Origin: an uncultured Candidatus Actinomarina sp.
Lineage (GTDB): Bacteria; Actinomycetota; Acidimicrobiia; Actinomarinales; Actinomarinaceae
Assembly (NCBI GenBank): GCA_902565645.1
Contig: CACFFJ010000003.1
Span: forward strand, 41,969 to 105,968
Direction: 5' to 3'
Length of the DNA: 64,000 nucleotides
Every line of letters begins with the position of its first letter. Position 1 is the stretch's first letter. The position numbers and the translations under genes are program-made. Below the pieces are notes generated by a model. The model saw only the letters and a program-made list of their open reading frames with translations. It made no database searches and had not been told where the DNA came from. Positions 28,653 to 38,269 of this stretch are shown here, in pieces.

Positions 28653-30290
28653 ATGAAAATATTAAAACCTTTAATTAGTGAATTTGAATCGCTATTAGAA
28701 AATTCAAATATTCATGAAGCAATCGATATAAAAATTTCCAGTATTGAAAAGTTTGATTACCAGATTAATAACTTAGTTAAGTATCAAAACCATAAAGATA
28801 TAGAGAAAATTTTAAATGGTGTAGAAAAATTAGCCTTAGATAATCAAATAATTGATTCATTTGAAATTACAGAAAAAAACTTTTTTAATTTTACAATAAA
28901 TTTGAATAATGTTCAGGATTATTTAGAAAATTTCAAAGAAAATATTAAAACTGAACATTCAAAGAAAATAATCATTGACTACGGTGGTCCAAATATTGGG
29001 AAGCCTTTGCATGTTGGACATTTGAGATCTTTAAATATTGGACGTAGCCTTTATCACACTAATAAATTAATAGGCAACAGTGTCACAAGTGATATTCACC
29101 TGGGTGACTGGGGTATGCCAGTAGCTCAAATTATTGCTTATTGTGAGATTCAAAATATAATTATAAATTCAATAACTGTTGACCAACTAATAGATATTTA
29201 TCCAAAATCTAGCGAACTATATAGAAGTGATAAATCATTTCAAATACTTGCAAAAGAAATAAATAAAAACTTAAACGAAAATGAAAACGAATCAATAAAA
29301 AAATGGAAGAGTATAAGAAACGTTTCTGTTTCAGAATTAAAAGAAACTTTATCAATTTTAAATCATGATTTCGACTTATGGCTTGGTGAAAGTGATGTTA
29401 ACAATATTATCAAACCGATGATAGAAAAATTGACAAAAGAGAAAAAAATAACATTAGACGATGGAGCTTTAGTAAGCACTCAAGAAAAAGAGCCAAAAAT
29501 TCTTATAACAAAATCCGATGGTTCATATTTATATTTAACAACCGACCTTGGAACTGTTCTTAATAGGCTGGAAAATTACGAACATGATATTGTCTTGTAT
29601 GTTGTTGATAATAGGCAAAAATTCCACTTTGAACAGTTGTTTGAAAGTATAGAATATTTTGACTTTCCAGAAAAAAAATATGAACATGTTGGATTTGGAA
29701 CTGTTAATGATGAAAAAGGTAATCCATTTAAGACTAGAGAGGGTGGTGTAAAACAACTGATTGATCTGTATAAAGACACCTGCGCTTATCTCAAAAATAT
29801 TAATAAAGACCTTAACGAAGAAACTATTCACGAATTAGCAAATACAGTCTTAACTTACAGTGATCTATTAACAAACCGAAAAACTGACTATAAATTTAAT
29901 TTAAATAAATTTACTAATATATCTGGTAAAACGGGTATATACGTCCAATATGCTCAAGTTCGTGCAAAAAGATTAATTGAAAAATCTCAAGATAAAGACA
30001 CTAATGGTGAGTTAATAATCACAAATGAGGAAGAAAGGAACTTAATTGTTTCATTGCTCAATTTAGAATTTTATATTAACCAATCAACTAAATTTAATGA
30101 ACCTCATCATCTCGCAAATTATTTATATGATATATCTAACCTATTTAACAATTTCTATCAAGGTGAAAATATACTTAGTGTAGAAAATGAGGAAGTAAAA
30201 AAGTCAAAGCTCCTTATTACAAAATATTTTTTACAAAATTCTAATTTAGTAATGTCTTGTCTGGGAATAAATCCTGTAAATAAAATGTAA
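28653..30290 (+). CDS. argS: arginine--tRNA ligase
   Basis: 545 aa. The HIGH region is GPNIGKPLHVGHLRS. It has an ArgRS-like N-terminal add-on domain and the typical C-terminal Met. Confidence 0.9.
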   Translation: MKILKPLISEFESLLENSNIHEAIDIKISSIEKFDYQINNLVKYQNHKDIEKILNGVEKLALDNQIIDSFEITEKNFFNFTINLNNVQDYLENFKENIKTEHSKKIIIDYGGPNIGKPLHVGHLRSLNIGRSLYHTNKLIGNSVTSDIHLGDWGMPVAQIIAYCEIQNIIINSITVDQLIDIYPKSSELYRSDKSFQILAKEINKNLNENENESIKKWKSIRNVSVSELKETLSILNHDFDLWLGESDVNNIIKPMIEKLTKEKKITLDDGALVSTQEKEPKILITKSDGSYLYLTTDLGTVLNRLENYEHDIVLYVVDNRQKFHFEQLFESIEYFDFPEKKYEHVGFGTVNDEKGNPFKTREGGVKQLIDLYKDTCAYLKNINKDLNEETIHELANTVLTYSDLLTNRKTDYKFNLNKFTNISGKTGIYVQYAQVRAKRLIEKSQDKDTNGELIITNEEERNLIVSLLNLEFYINQSTKFNEPHHLANYLYDISNLFNNFYQGENILSVENEEVKKSKLLITKYFLQNSNLVMSCLGINPVNKM

Positions 30291-30291
30291 A

Positions 30292-30834
30292 TTAGATAAA
30301 TAATTGTGATGAAATCATCCAGACAAACAATGTAAATCCATATGAAATCTTGTCAATAATAATCAATTTATTTCTTAAACTATGTTGTATAAACAAAACT
30401 ATTGGAATAGCTATAAAACCAGCAAAGGATACTGCTTTTGCGATTGAGGAAATATCATTCAAGATTAGAGTTATAGGACTTACAAAATATTGAAAAATAA
30501 TAAGAAATGTTAGAGATATAAATATTGAATAAATAATATTTAATATTAAATCTTTAAAAGTTGCATTGTAAACTCTAAGTACACTAAAAAATTCAACAGG
30601 TATAAATAAAATAAAAAGCCCTAAGAAAAAAAATATCAGAGTCCAGAACAATCCTTGACCATTCCAAGTAATAATATTTCTATCCACCCTGCCTATAACT
30701 TCCAATAATAAATACAAGGAATATCCTGAAATACCAGCTCCTAATGAAAATAAATATAGTCCAAAAATACTAAAAAAGTTCTTTGATTCAAATCTGAAGC
30801 TAATATTGCTACTGCTCATTTTTTGATATTGCAT
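30292..30834 (-). CDS. membrane protein, function unknown
   Basis: 180 aa with about 5 TM helices. Confidence 0.5.
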   Translation of the reverse strand: MQYQKMSSSNISFRFESKNFFSIFGLYLFSLGAGISGYSLYLLLEVIGRVDRNIITWNGQGLFWTLIFFFLGLFILFIPVEFFSVLRVYNATFKDLILNIIYSIFISLTFLIIFQYFVSPITLILNDISSIAKAVSFAGFIAIPIVLFIQHSLRNKLIIIDKISYGFTLFVWMISSQLFI

Positions 30835-30878
30835 ACTGTCATATACTAATGTTTTTTATATTAAAATAAATACTAATT

Positions 30879-31082
30879 ATGGAATTAATTGAAACTCCAA
30901 ATCCAAATGCAAAGAAAATATTAACTGATCTAGATGTTACTAGTGCGGAAAAAGAGTTAAGTAAAATAGATGGGATCAAGTCTGTTTTTTTAGGTCCTGG
31001 TTTTGTAACAATCACAAAAGAAGAAAATACAGAGTGGGAATCAATAAATCAAGACATTATTAACATCTTTGATAAACTGTAA
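30879..31082 (+). CDS. small Nfu/NifU N-terminal-domain-like protein
   Basis: 67 aa. MELIETPNPNAKKIL... resembles the Nfu_N domain start (xTPNPNxxKF). There is no CxxC-bearing C-terminal domain. Confidence 0.55.
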   Translation: MELIETPNPNAKKILTDLDVTSAEKELSKIDGIKSVFLGPGFVTITKEENTEWESINQDIINIFDKL

Positions 31083-31085
31083 TGT

Positions 31086-31697
31086 ATGGAAACATTTAAC
31101 CAAGACCCAAAACCAGGAAGGCTTGTATTGCCTTTAGTTCTAATAGGTATGATTGCAACTACTTATACTTTTGTTAATAGGGTGGCAACAAATAATGACT
31201 TAGATATTTCAGTTGAAGAAGAGGTGCCTGTAGTTGAAGAAGAAGCTGTTACAGAAGATTCAACAACAACTTCTACTACCACTACTACTCTACCTAATGA
31301 AGTTGTTACTTACCTTGAAGAAATACAAGCAGAAAAAGTTCAGTCTGACGAGTTGGGACAGAAGGTTCTTGAAGCAAATCAAAGATGGGATGATGAAGTT
31401 ACAAGCTATCAGGAAGCTAAAGATGAATTTGCTGCTTTTATTCAAGATGCGGAACAGTTTACAGCAACAGTTTCTGATCCAGGACCTCCAAATACATTTG
31501 CCAATTTAGTAACTAGTCACGAGGAATTAAAAGTTTTAGCGAATTTAATTTATGAAGACACAAAGGAATTGCTAGAAGGCTTAACTTCGTCAGATACTGG
31601 TGAAAGAAGAGCAGCTGCTCTTGAAGCATTCAATGAAAATTTAACTGCATTCCAACAAAAAGTGGATGAAATTATAGCTTCAGCAACTTCTAGCTAG
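31086..31697 (+). CDS. membrane-anchored acidic protein, function unknown
   Basis: 203 aa with one N-terminal TM helix, a Glu/Thr-rich linker (TTTSTTTTT) and a helical C-terminal region. Confidence 0.5.
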   Translation: METFNQDPKPGRLVLPLVLIGMIATTYTFVNRVATNNDLDISVEEEVPVVEEEAVTEDSTTTSTTTTTLPNEVVTYLEEIQAEKVQSDELGQKVLEANQRWDDEVTSYQEAKDEFAAFIQDAEQFTATVSDPGPPNTFANLVTSHEELKVLANLIYEDTKELLEGLTSSDTGERRAAALEAFNENLTAFQQKVDEIIASATSS

Positions 31698-32718
31698 AAG
31701 CAGCTGAGCAAACAGTATCAATCATTAACATTGCAATTACATAAGGATCTGCATTTGCGTTAGGTCTACGATCTTCTAGATATCCCTTTTTATCAACCTC
31801 TACTTGCCATGGAATTCTTATTGAGGCACCTCTATCGCTTACTCCGTAGGAAAACGTATCATACCTTTGTGTTTCATGATCACCTGTAAGCCTTTCCTCA
31901 ATTCCTTCTCCATAATTTTTTACATGGAGTTCAGCATTTTTTCCTAACGCTTCACATCCAGCAATGATTGCATCATAACCGTCATCTTCCCTCATTTCTT
32001 TAGTAGAGAAGTTAGTATGCATGCCAGCACCATTCCAGTCACCTTTTACTGGTTTTGCCTGAAGAGTTGCTGAAACATTATAGTCTTCAGCTATTCTATA
32101 AAGAAGCCATCTGGAAACCCATATGTGGTCTCCTATTTCAGGCGCTCCAACAGGACCAATTTGATATTCCCATTGTCCTGGCATTACTTCTGCATTAGTG
32201 CCTGAAATTTCTAAACCAGCTTCTATACAAGCTGTTGCATGTACCTCTGAAATATCTCTTCCATATACCTCATCTGCTCCAACTCCACAATAATAACCTC
32301 CCTGAGGGGCTGGGTATCCAGTAGGTGGAAATCCTAATGGTCGTCCATATTTTTGAGAATCATAAGATTGTTCATAAAATGTGTATTCTTGTTCTAATCC
32401 AAACAAAGGTTCAAATTCAGCAAAATTCTCAGCTGCTGCTACACATCCCGCTCTAGTATTTGAAGCATGTGGTGTCATATCTACATTTAAGACTTCACAC
32501 ATCACTAAAATGTTTTCTCCTCCCCTGATTGGATCCTTGAATGTAGAAACAGGTCTCAATACACAATCAGAATTGTCTCCTGTAGCTTGCTCTGTACTGG
32601 AACCATCAAAACCCCATATTGGTGGCTCTGTTCCTTTTTCCATAATTTTTGTTTTACTCCTTAATTTACTGGTCGGAGTTTTACCATCTATCCATATATA
32701 TTCTGCTTTTATTTTCAT
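31690..32718 (-). CDS. glnII: glutamine synthetase type II
   Basis: 342 aa with a eukaryote-like GSII pattern: MKIKAEYIWIDG and NGAGMHTNFS. Length is typical of GSII. Confidence 0.9.
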   Translation of the reverse strand: MKIKAEYIWIDGKTPTSKLRSKTKIMEKGTEPPIWGFDGSSTEQATGDNSDCVLRPVSTFKDPIRGGENILVMCEVLNVDMTPHASNTRAGCVAAAENFAEFEPLFGLEQEYTFYEQSYDSQKYGRPLGFPPTGYPAPQGGYYCGVGADEVYGRDISEVHATACIEAGLEISGTNAEVMPGQWEYQIGPVGAPEIGDHIWVSRWLLYRIAEDYNVSATLQAKPVKGDWNGAGMHTNFSTKEMREDDGYDAIIAGCEALGKNAELHVKNYGEGIEERLTGDHETQRYDTFSYGVSDRGASIRIPWQVEVDKKGYLEDRRPNANADPYVIAMLMIDTVCSAASS

Positions 32719-32785
32719 ATTTACTAATGTAGTATTTATTTTAAATATTTAGAAGAGTCATATATTAAATAAATGTTTCAAGATT

Positions 32786-33415
32786 ATGGTAAATGGATAT
32801 ATAAATTTAGATAAAGAACATGGTGATTTTATGTCTACATTAAAAAAAATAGGCATAAAAAAAATAAAGTTAGATAAGGTTGAGAAACAAAATCAGCTTG
32901 ATATTGTTATAACTTCTTTATCTAAATATGGTGAGACAAAGAAAAATCTTTCAAATATTGAGTCATCAAGTAATCCAATCCCTAGCTTGATAGTTGTAAA
33001 TAATAAAGAATTTGATCAAACTGTTGATTTAATTAGAAACAACAAAATTGAAATAATTTCAAATAAAAGCCTCCTGGGTGAAATTAATGCAAGAATAGAT
33101 TCATTATTAGGAGATAGTAATTCAGAAAAGTTAGAGTTCAAAGATTTAGTTATTAATTTAAAAACTTATGAAGCGAAAGTTGATAATGTACTCCTAGATT
33201 TAACATTCATGGAATATGAGCTATTGAAGTTTTTTATTGAAAATCAAGAAAATGTTTGGTCTAGAGAAGACATTCTTGAAAAAGTATGGGGATATGATTA
33301 TTTCGGTGGTGCAAGAACAGTTGATGTTCACGTAAGAAGATTGAGATCAAAACTTGGAGAAAGAAGAGCTTACTGGATTAAAACCGTTCATTCAGTTGGA
33401 TATAAGTTTAACTAA
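32786..33415 (+). CDS. OmpR/PhoB-family winged-helix regulator with a degenerate receiver domain (GlnR/GlnRII-like orphan)
   Basis: 209 aa. The C-terminal trans_reg_C pattern is LTFMEYELLKFFIENQ...RTVDVHVRRLRSKLG...VHSVGYKF. The N-terminal roughly 110 aa lack the DD pocket and the usual phospho-Asp. An alternative start is the ATG at 32831. The gene is divergent from glnII. Confidence 0.7.
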   Translation: MVNGYINLDKEHGDFMSTLKKIGIKKIKLDKVEKQNQLDIVITSLSKYGETKKNLSNIESSSNPIPSLIVVNNKEFDQTVDLIRNNKIEIISNKSLLGEINARIDSLLGDSNSEKLEFKDLVINLKTYEAKVDNVLLDLTFMEYELLKFFIENQENVWSREDILEKVWGYDYFGGARTVDVHVRRLRSKLGERRAYWIKTVHSVGYKFN

Positions 33416-33755
33416 AACTATTTCCACACCCACATGTTCTTGAAACATTTGGATTGTCTATTGAAAAACCCGTCTCCATGAGTCCTTCTTTATAGTCCAG
33501 TGTTGCTCCTTGAATGTGGTTAACACTTTCTGAATCAACAACTATATTGACACCATCATATTCTTCAGTTGAGTCACCTTCTAATTTTTCAGTATCAAAA
33601 TACATTTCGTATGAGTAGCCTGAACATCCACCAGGTTTTACTCCCATCCTTAAGAAGCTCTCGGCTGCATCTTCAGCTAGTTTTAACTCATTTAGTTTTT
33701 TTACAGCACTTTCAGTTGCTAAAACTATTCTTGATGATTTTATTTGTAAATCCAT
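33408..33755 (-). CDS. iron-sulfur cluster insertion protein (HesB/IscA/ErpA family)
   Basis: 115 aa with GGCSGYSY and a C-terminal CGCGNSF. Confidence 0.9.
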   Translation of the reverse strand: MDLQIKSSRIVLATESAVKKLNELKLAEDAAESFLRMGVKPGGCSGYSYEMYFDTEKLEGDSTEEYDGVNIVVDSESVNHIQGATLDYKEGLMETGFSIDNPNVSRTCGCGNSFS

Positions 33756-33830
33756 ACTTAATTATACCAAAATCTTGATATTTAAATAAATTAATTATTG
33801 GAAGCAGCATTTTGGTTATAAAATAGTTCT

Positions 33831-34964
33831 ATGATTCAAAATGATATTCTCTTGAAACATTTGTCGACTGTAATGGATCCGGAGTTAGGTGTAAATATCG
33901 TTGACCTCGGTATGGTTAAAAATCTAACATATAATGATTCAGAAATCACTATTGATCTTGCCTTGACAATTGCAGAGTGTCCTATGAGGAACCAAATAGA
34001 GTCTGAGATAAAAAGGAAACTTAAATTAATTGAAAACGTAAAAGAAGTAAAAATAAATGTAGTAGCAATGAATAAAGAAGATAGGGCCGCATTAATGTCA
34101 GTAGCTAGAAAAAATGCAAGAGAAAAAGCTGTACCTACACAGATCAATACACGTACAAGAGTAATAGCAATAGGAAGTGGTAAGGGTGGTGTTGGGAAAT
34201 CTACAATCTCAACAAATCTTGCTGTTGGTCTTGAGAAGTTAGGATTCACTACAGGATTACTTGATGCCGATATTTGGGGATTTTCAATACCTAGGTTACT
34301 AGGAATAGAAGGTCGGCTTGAAGCAAACGAAGAGAAGAAAATTATTCCATATAAAAAAGGGCGTTTGGAAGTCGTGTCTACTGGTTTAATAGCTGAAGAT
34401 GAAGACACTGCTTTAATGTGGAGAGGTTTAATGCTAAGTAAGGCATTAGAACAATTCTTATTTGATGTAGCTTGGGGTAATCTTGATTATTTAGTCATTG
34501 ACCTACCACCTGGTACGGGAGATATTCAAATGGCTCTAGGTAGGCTATTGCCTCAAACAGAATTACTTGTAATAACAACTCCTCAACCAAGTGCGCAAAA
34601 AGTTGCAACCAGAGTTGCGGACATGGCAAAAAGAAGTTTTATACCCCTGTTAGGTGTTGTAGAAAATATGTCTTATTTTGAAACAAGTGATAAAAATAAA
34701 TATCAAATTTTTGGGAAAGGTGGTGGAGATAAGCTTGCAGAAAAATTTGGCATACCATTATTAAGCAAAGTGCCTATAAGTGAAACATCTGTAGAGGAAT
34801 CAGAAAATGGGATTCCAATTCTTTTACAAGAAGATGAAAGTCCTACCAAAAATGCTCTCCAAGATCTTGTCACTAAGATTACAAAAGTTTTACCACCAGT
34901 CTCGGATGAAACATGTACAGGTAGGCTGGCTAAAGTTCTTGAAGAATTAGAAGCAGATCAATAA
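33831..34964 (+). CDS. Mrp/ApbC-family Fe-S cluster carrier ATPase with an N-terminal DUF59/MIP18 domain
   Basis: 377 aa with LSTVMDPELGVNIVDLGMV, a deviant Walker A (IGSGKGGVGKST) and DLPPGTGD. Confidence 0.9.
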   Translation: MIQNDILLKHLSTVMDPELGVNIVDLGMVKNLTYNDSEITIDLALTIAECPMRNQIESEIKRKLKLIENVKEVKINVVAMNKEDRAALMSVARKNAREKAVPTQINTRTRVIAIGSGKGGVGKSTISTNLAVGLEKLGFTTGLLDADIWGFSIPRLLGIEGRLEANEEKKIIPYKKGRLEVVSTGLIAEDEDTALMWRGLMLSKALEQFLFDVAWGNLDYLVIDLPPGTGDIQMALGRLLPQTELLVITTPQPSAQKVATRVADMAKRSFIPLLGVVENMSYFETSDKNKYQIFGKGGGDKLAEKFGIPLLSKVPISETSVEESENGIPILLQEDESPTKNALQDLVTKITKVLPPVSDETCTGRLAKVLEELEADQ

Positions 34965-34969
34965 ATTTT

Positions 34970-36265
34970 ATGGATAATGTATCTGTAAACAAATTAGTAG
35001 ATTCATATGAGAATCACCTACCTAGGGAAATTTGTTTAAGTGTGGCTAAAGATATTGTAAGCAAGTTTACGGATAAAGAAATTATTCTTCTGGAATACAA
35101 ATTAGCAATTGATAATTTAATGATAGGCGAACAAGTAAAAGTAGTTAACTGCACAGGGACACTTCTGCATACAAATCTTGGAAGAGCACAAACGGAGATA
35201 TCGTTCAGCGGCCACGCATCAAATATAGAATTTGACTTAAGTAATCAAAAAAGAGGTGAAAGAAATAGATATTTGACTTATGCAATGAATTTACTACTAG
35301 GTTCAGAGGGGGTTTGTTTTGTAAACAATAATGCTTCTTCATTATTTATTTCACTTAATATAATGAAAAAATCTAAAGGTATAGATTCAGTAATAATCTC
35401 CAGGGGAGAGGTTGTTGAGATTGGTGGTTCTTATAGGTTGCCCGAAATAATTGCTGAAACAGGATTAAAACTTATTGAAATTGGAACAACAAATAAAACG
35501 CATAAAAGAGATTATTCTTCTGCTTTAAAGCAGAATCCAAAAGCAGTTATTTTGAAAGTAAATAGATCTAATTTCTCGATCTCCGGGTTTGTTGAGGAAG
35601 TTTCGATTAGTGAATTAAAAACTATCGCTGATGAATATGGAGCATTGCTTATTCATGATATGGGTAGTGGTTTAGTTATTGAAAAAAAATTCTTAGAAAA
35701 AAACAATATTGACTATTTCAAAAATGAACAGCATGTTCAAGACTCACTTAAAGATGGGGCTGATTTGGTAATGTTTTCAGGAGATAAATTATTTGGCTCT
35801 ATACAGGCAGGAATTATTGCAGGAAGGAAACAGCTTATAAATAACATTAAAGAATCTCCACTTTTTCGAACATATCGCTGTTCCCCAGTTGTTACCTATG
35901 AGCTTCAGAGAACAACTAATTTATACTTGTCTAAAAAAGAAAATTTGATACCTCTTTGGAATTCTCTACAAGTTACGTATGATCAGTTGTTAGAAAGAGT
36001 TAAAAATATTTCAAACAAATTAACATTGGATCACTCTATAAATGATGACTATTCATTAATTGGAGGAGGAAGCATGCCTGAGGTAAAGATACCGTCCCCT
36101 GTTATATCAATAGCTACTTCAGAAGATAACAATATTTTAAGTAAGTTAGCAAGTTTAGAAATACCAGTAATTCCTAGAATTAAAGATAGCAAGGTTATTT
36201 TTGATATAAGATCATCATTTGAGGCTGATGACCCACTTATTATTAATGCGCTAAACAATTTATGA
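34970..36265 (+). CDS. selA: L-seryl-tRNA(Sec) selenium transferase
   Basis: 431 aa with NCTGTLLHTNLGRA and the PLP-lysine region FSGDKLFGSIQAGIIAGRK. There is an ATGA overlap with selB. Confidence 0.85.
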   Translation: MDNVSVNKLVDSYENHLPREICLSVAKDIVSKFTDKEIILLEYKLAIDNLMIGEQVKVVNCTGTLLHTNLGRAQTEISFSGHASNIEFDLSNQKRGERNRYLTYAMNLLLGSEGVCFVNNNASSLFISLNIMKKSKGIDSVIISRGEVVEIGGSYRLPEIIAETGLKLIEIGTTNKTHKRDYSSALKQNPKAVILKVNRSNFSISGFVEEVSISELKTIADEYGALLIHDMGSGLVIEKKFLEKNNIDYFKNEQHVQDSLKDGADLVMFSGDKLFGSIQAGIIAGRKQLINNIKESPLFRTYRCSPVVTYELQRTTNLYLSKKENLIPLWNSLQVTYDQLLERVKNISNKLTLDHSINDDYSLIGGGSMPEVKIPSPVISIATSEDNNILSKLASLEIPVIPRIKDSKVIFDIRSSFEADDPLIINALNNL

Positions 36266-37947
36266 CAGTATTAGCAACAGCAGGACATGTAGACCACGGT
36301 AAGTCTACATTTGTAAGTTTTCTTACAAGTCAAGAAACTGACAGATTGCCTGAAGAAAAAAATAGAGGTCTTACAATTAATCTTGGATATACATTTTTCA
36401 ACCACAAAAACCAAACTTATTCAATTGTCGATGTACCTGGTCATAGTGATTTTTTCAAAAATACCATGTCAGGATTTTCAAATGCTGATTTAATTCTATT
36501 TATAATTGATGCAAGTCAGGGCTGGTCTGCACAATCTGAACAACATTTCAATGCTTTAACTGAACTCGGTAAAAAAAATTTTATATTTGTATATACGAAA
36601 ACTGACTTGATTAATTCACCAATAGACACTGATGATTTGGACGAAAGATTAAAGAAAATAGATAATTTAAACTATACAGTAATTAAATTCAGCATTAAGG
36701 ACTCAAATAAAAATGAGTTGGTTGAACAAATTGTCAGTTTTATTAAATCATGTAATTTCAAAAATAAAATTTCATCTATGTGGATTGATAGGTCTTTCTC
36801 TCTTGAAGGAGTCGGTACAGTAATAACTGGTACTGCAAGTTCTTCATTTAAAACAGATAATATATATTATCCAATAGAGAATGCAAAATTAGAGATCAAA
36901 GAAATACAGAACATAAATAAATCTTATATCAAAAGTATTAATTCAAAAAGAATTGCTTTATCCCTGAAAAAAAGCAACAAAAATATACCGAAAAGAGGTG
37001 ACTTAATATCAAATAGAAATATTGAATTTACTAATTTAATATTTGTCAAATTCAATAAGGAGCTAGGAAATAAAAATTTTACAAAAGGAACCAAAAGATT
37101 GTTTATTGGAACAACAAGTATATTAATAAAGAATATTTGGGGTATAAAATCTAAAAAATTTCAATACGGTTTGATAGAGTTAAAAAAAGAAATGCCTTTC
37201 CTTAAAAAGGAAAATTTTGTAATCCAAAATACTGAAAATAATTTATTCCTAGGTGGCAAATTTTATTTCTTTATTAATAATCAATCTCTAAAAAAGAAGG
37301 TGATTAATTCATCTAAAAACAAAATCGTAATCAATTCTTTGTTTGAGTTATTCAATGCCTTAGAAAAAGATTTCACAGAAAAAGATGAAGCAACCTTTGA
37401 GATAAATAACTGGAGAATTAAAGAAGAACTCAAAGATGAGATTGAAAAAGACATCAAAGAAAACTATAAAAAAATTAATAAATCAGGTTTCGAAAATTAT
37501 ATGGGTAATAAGTATTTTTTAGATAGTAACTTATTAGAAAAACTGGTGGAAAGTTTAGGAGACCTACAACTAATAAATGACCAAATAAAGCTCAAAAAGA
37601 ATGAAAAAATGGTTGATATAGAAATATATGAAGAAGTTAAAGAATTACTTGGACCATCGTTAGATGTTAATGAAATTAGTTTACATAAATATGATAAAGA
37701 GAAAATTAAATCCTTATTTATTAATGAAAGGATTTATAGGATTAGCAAAAATTTAATAATTACTGATTTTCACTTTAATCAAATACTTGAAACACTGAAA
37801 TCGCTACCTGTCGAATTCAGTGTTTCAGATTTTAAAGAAAAAACAAAATTATCTAGAAAGTACACAATACCAATTTTGGAATTATTAGACAAAAAATTAA
37901 TCACAGCAAAGATAGACGGGGGAGGAAAGAGAAAGAAATTACTCTGA
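36262..37947 (+). CDS. selB: selenocysteine-specific translation elongation factor
   Basis: 561 aa with G1 TAGHVDHGKST, G3 DVPGH and G4 TKTD. It has the short EF-Tu-like domains II/III and a long Lys-rich C-terminal extension, as expected for SECIS-binding winged helices. Confidence 0.8.
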   Translation: MTVLATAGHVDHGKSTFVSFLTSQETDRLPEEKNRGLTINLGYTFFNHKNQTYSIVDVPGHSDFFKNTMSGFSNADLILFIIDASQGWSAQSEQHFNALTELGKKNFIFVYTKTDLINSPIDTDDLDERLKKIDNLNYTVIKFSIKDSNKNELVEQIVSFIKSCNFKNKISSMWIDRSFSLEGVGTVITGTASSSFKTDNIYYPIENAKLEIKEIQNINKSYIKSINSKRIALSLKKSNKNIPKRGDLISNRNIEFTNLIFVKFNKELGNKNFTKGTKRLFIGTTSILIKNIWGIKSKKFQYGLIELKKEMPFLKKENFVIQNTENNLFLGGKFYFFINNQSLKKKVINSSKNKIVINSLFELFNALEKDFTEKDEATFEINNWRIKEELKDEIEKDIKENYKKINKSGFENYMGNKYFLDSNLLEKLVESLGDLQLINDQIKLKKNEKMVDIEIYEEVKELLGPSLDVNEISLHKYDKEKIKSLFINERIYRISKNLIITDFHFNQILETLKSLPVEFSVSDFKEKTKLSRKYTIPILELLDKKLITAKIDGGGKRKKLL

Positions 37948-38223
37948 AAAAACTAAATCTCTCTTTCTTTCAACTTCATTTAAGCCACCCCAAATACCGA
38001 AAGGTTCAGCAATTTCCTTTGCTTCTTCAAGACATTCGAGTTTTACTGGACAACTACTGCAAACAGCTTTAGCTTTTGCTTCTCTTTTTTCTCTTTCTTC
38101 TTTCTTCTCGAAAGTAGCAGGAGGGAAAAACAAGTTGCTACTGTGTTGTCTGCACATTGCATCATATTGCCAAGAAGAAATTTTAATTTCCAACATATAG
38201 AAACCATATTTGATAAAAAGCAT
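37939..38223 (-). CDS. WhiB-family transcriptional regulator (4Fe-4S)
   Basis: Four Cys residues are present (C-x28-CSSCPVKLEC), plus GIWGGL followed by a basic tail. The more likely start is the ATG at 38196 (MLEIKISSWQYDAMC...). The gene overlaps the selB 3' end by 9 nt. Confidence 0.85.
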   Translation of the reverse strand: MLFIKYGFYMLEIKISSWQYDAMCRQHSSNLFFPPATFEKKEEREKREAKAKAVCSSCPVKLECLEEAKEIAEPFGIWGGLNEVERKRDLVFSE

Positions 38224-38269
38224 ATAGCAAAAGGTTTTTTTCGCGAAGTTTTACTACATTTTTCTTTAT

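Noticed and set aside
31234-31509. 91-aa alternative-frame ORF inside 31086..31697. Similar same-strand nested ORFs occur at 44420..44623, 48219..48407 and 52585..52794.
   Set aside because: They are nested in longer ORFs with coherent protein-like sequence or family motifs, have low-complexity Leu/Lys/Gln-rich translations, and have no independent start context.
32719-32830. Possible GlnR box (gTnAc-n6-GaAAc) in the glnII / regulator divergent spacer. The candidate is TTTAC...GAAAC on the glnII strand.
   Set aside because: The half-site spacing is 9 nt, not 6, and the first half-site is imperfect. In this AT-rich spacer such a match is not distinguishable from chance.
33836-34408. 190-aa minus-strand ORF inside the Mrp/ApbC gene. 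Similar long antisense ORFs occur at 55710..56117 (in dnaB), 63229..63678 (in the PLP enzyme), 32381..32752 (in glnII), 43864..44637 (in EIIC), 26060..26380, 19163..19462 and 15468..15659.
   Set aside because: Each lies wholly antisense to a gene with strong family motifs. Their compositions are low-complexity (Ser/Pro/Leu/Phe-rich), typical of shadow ORFs, and I recognised no motif in any of them.
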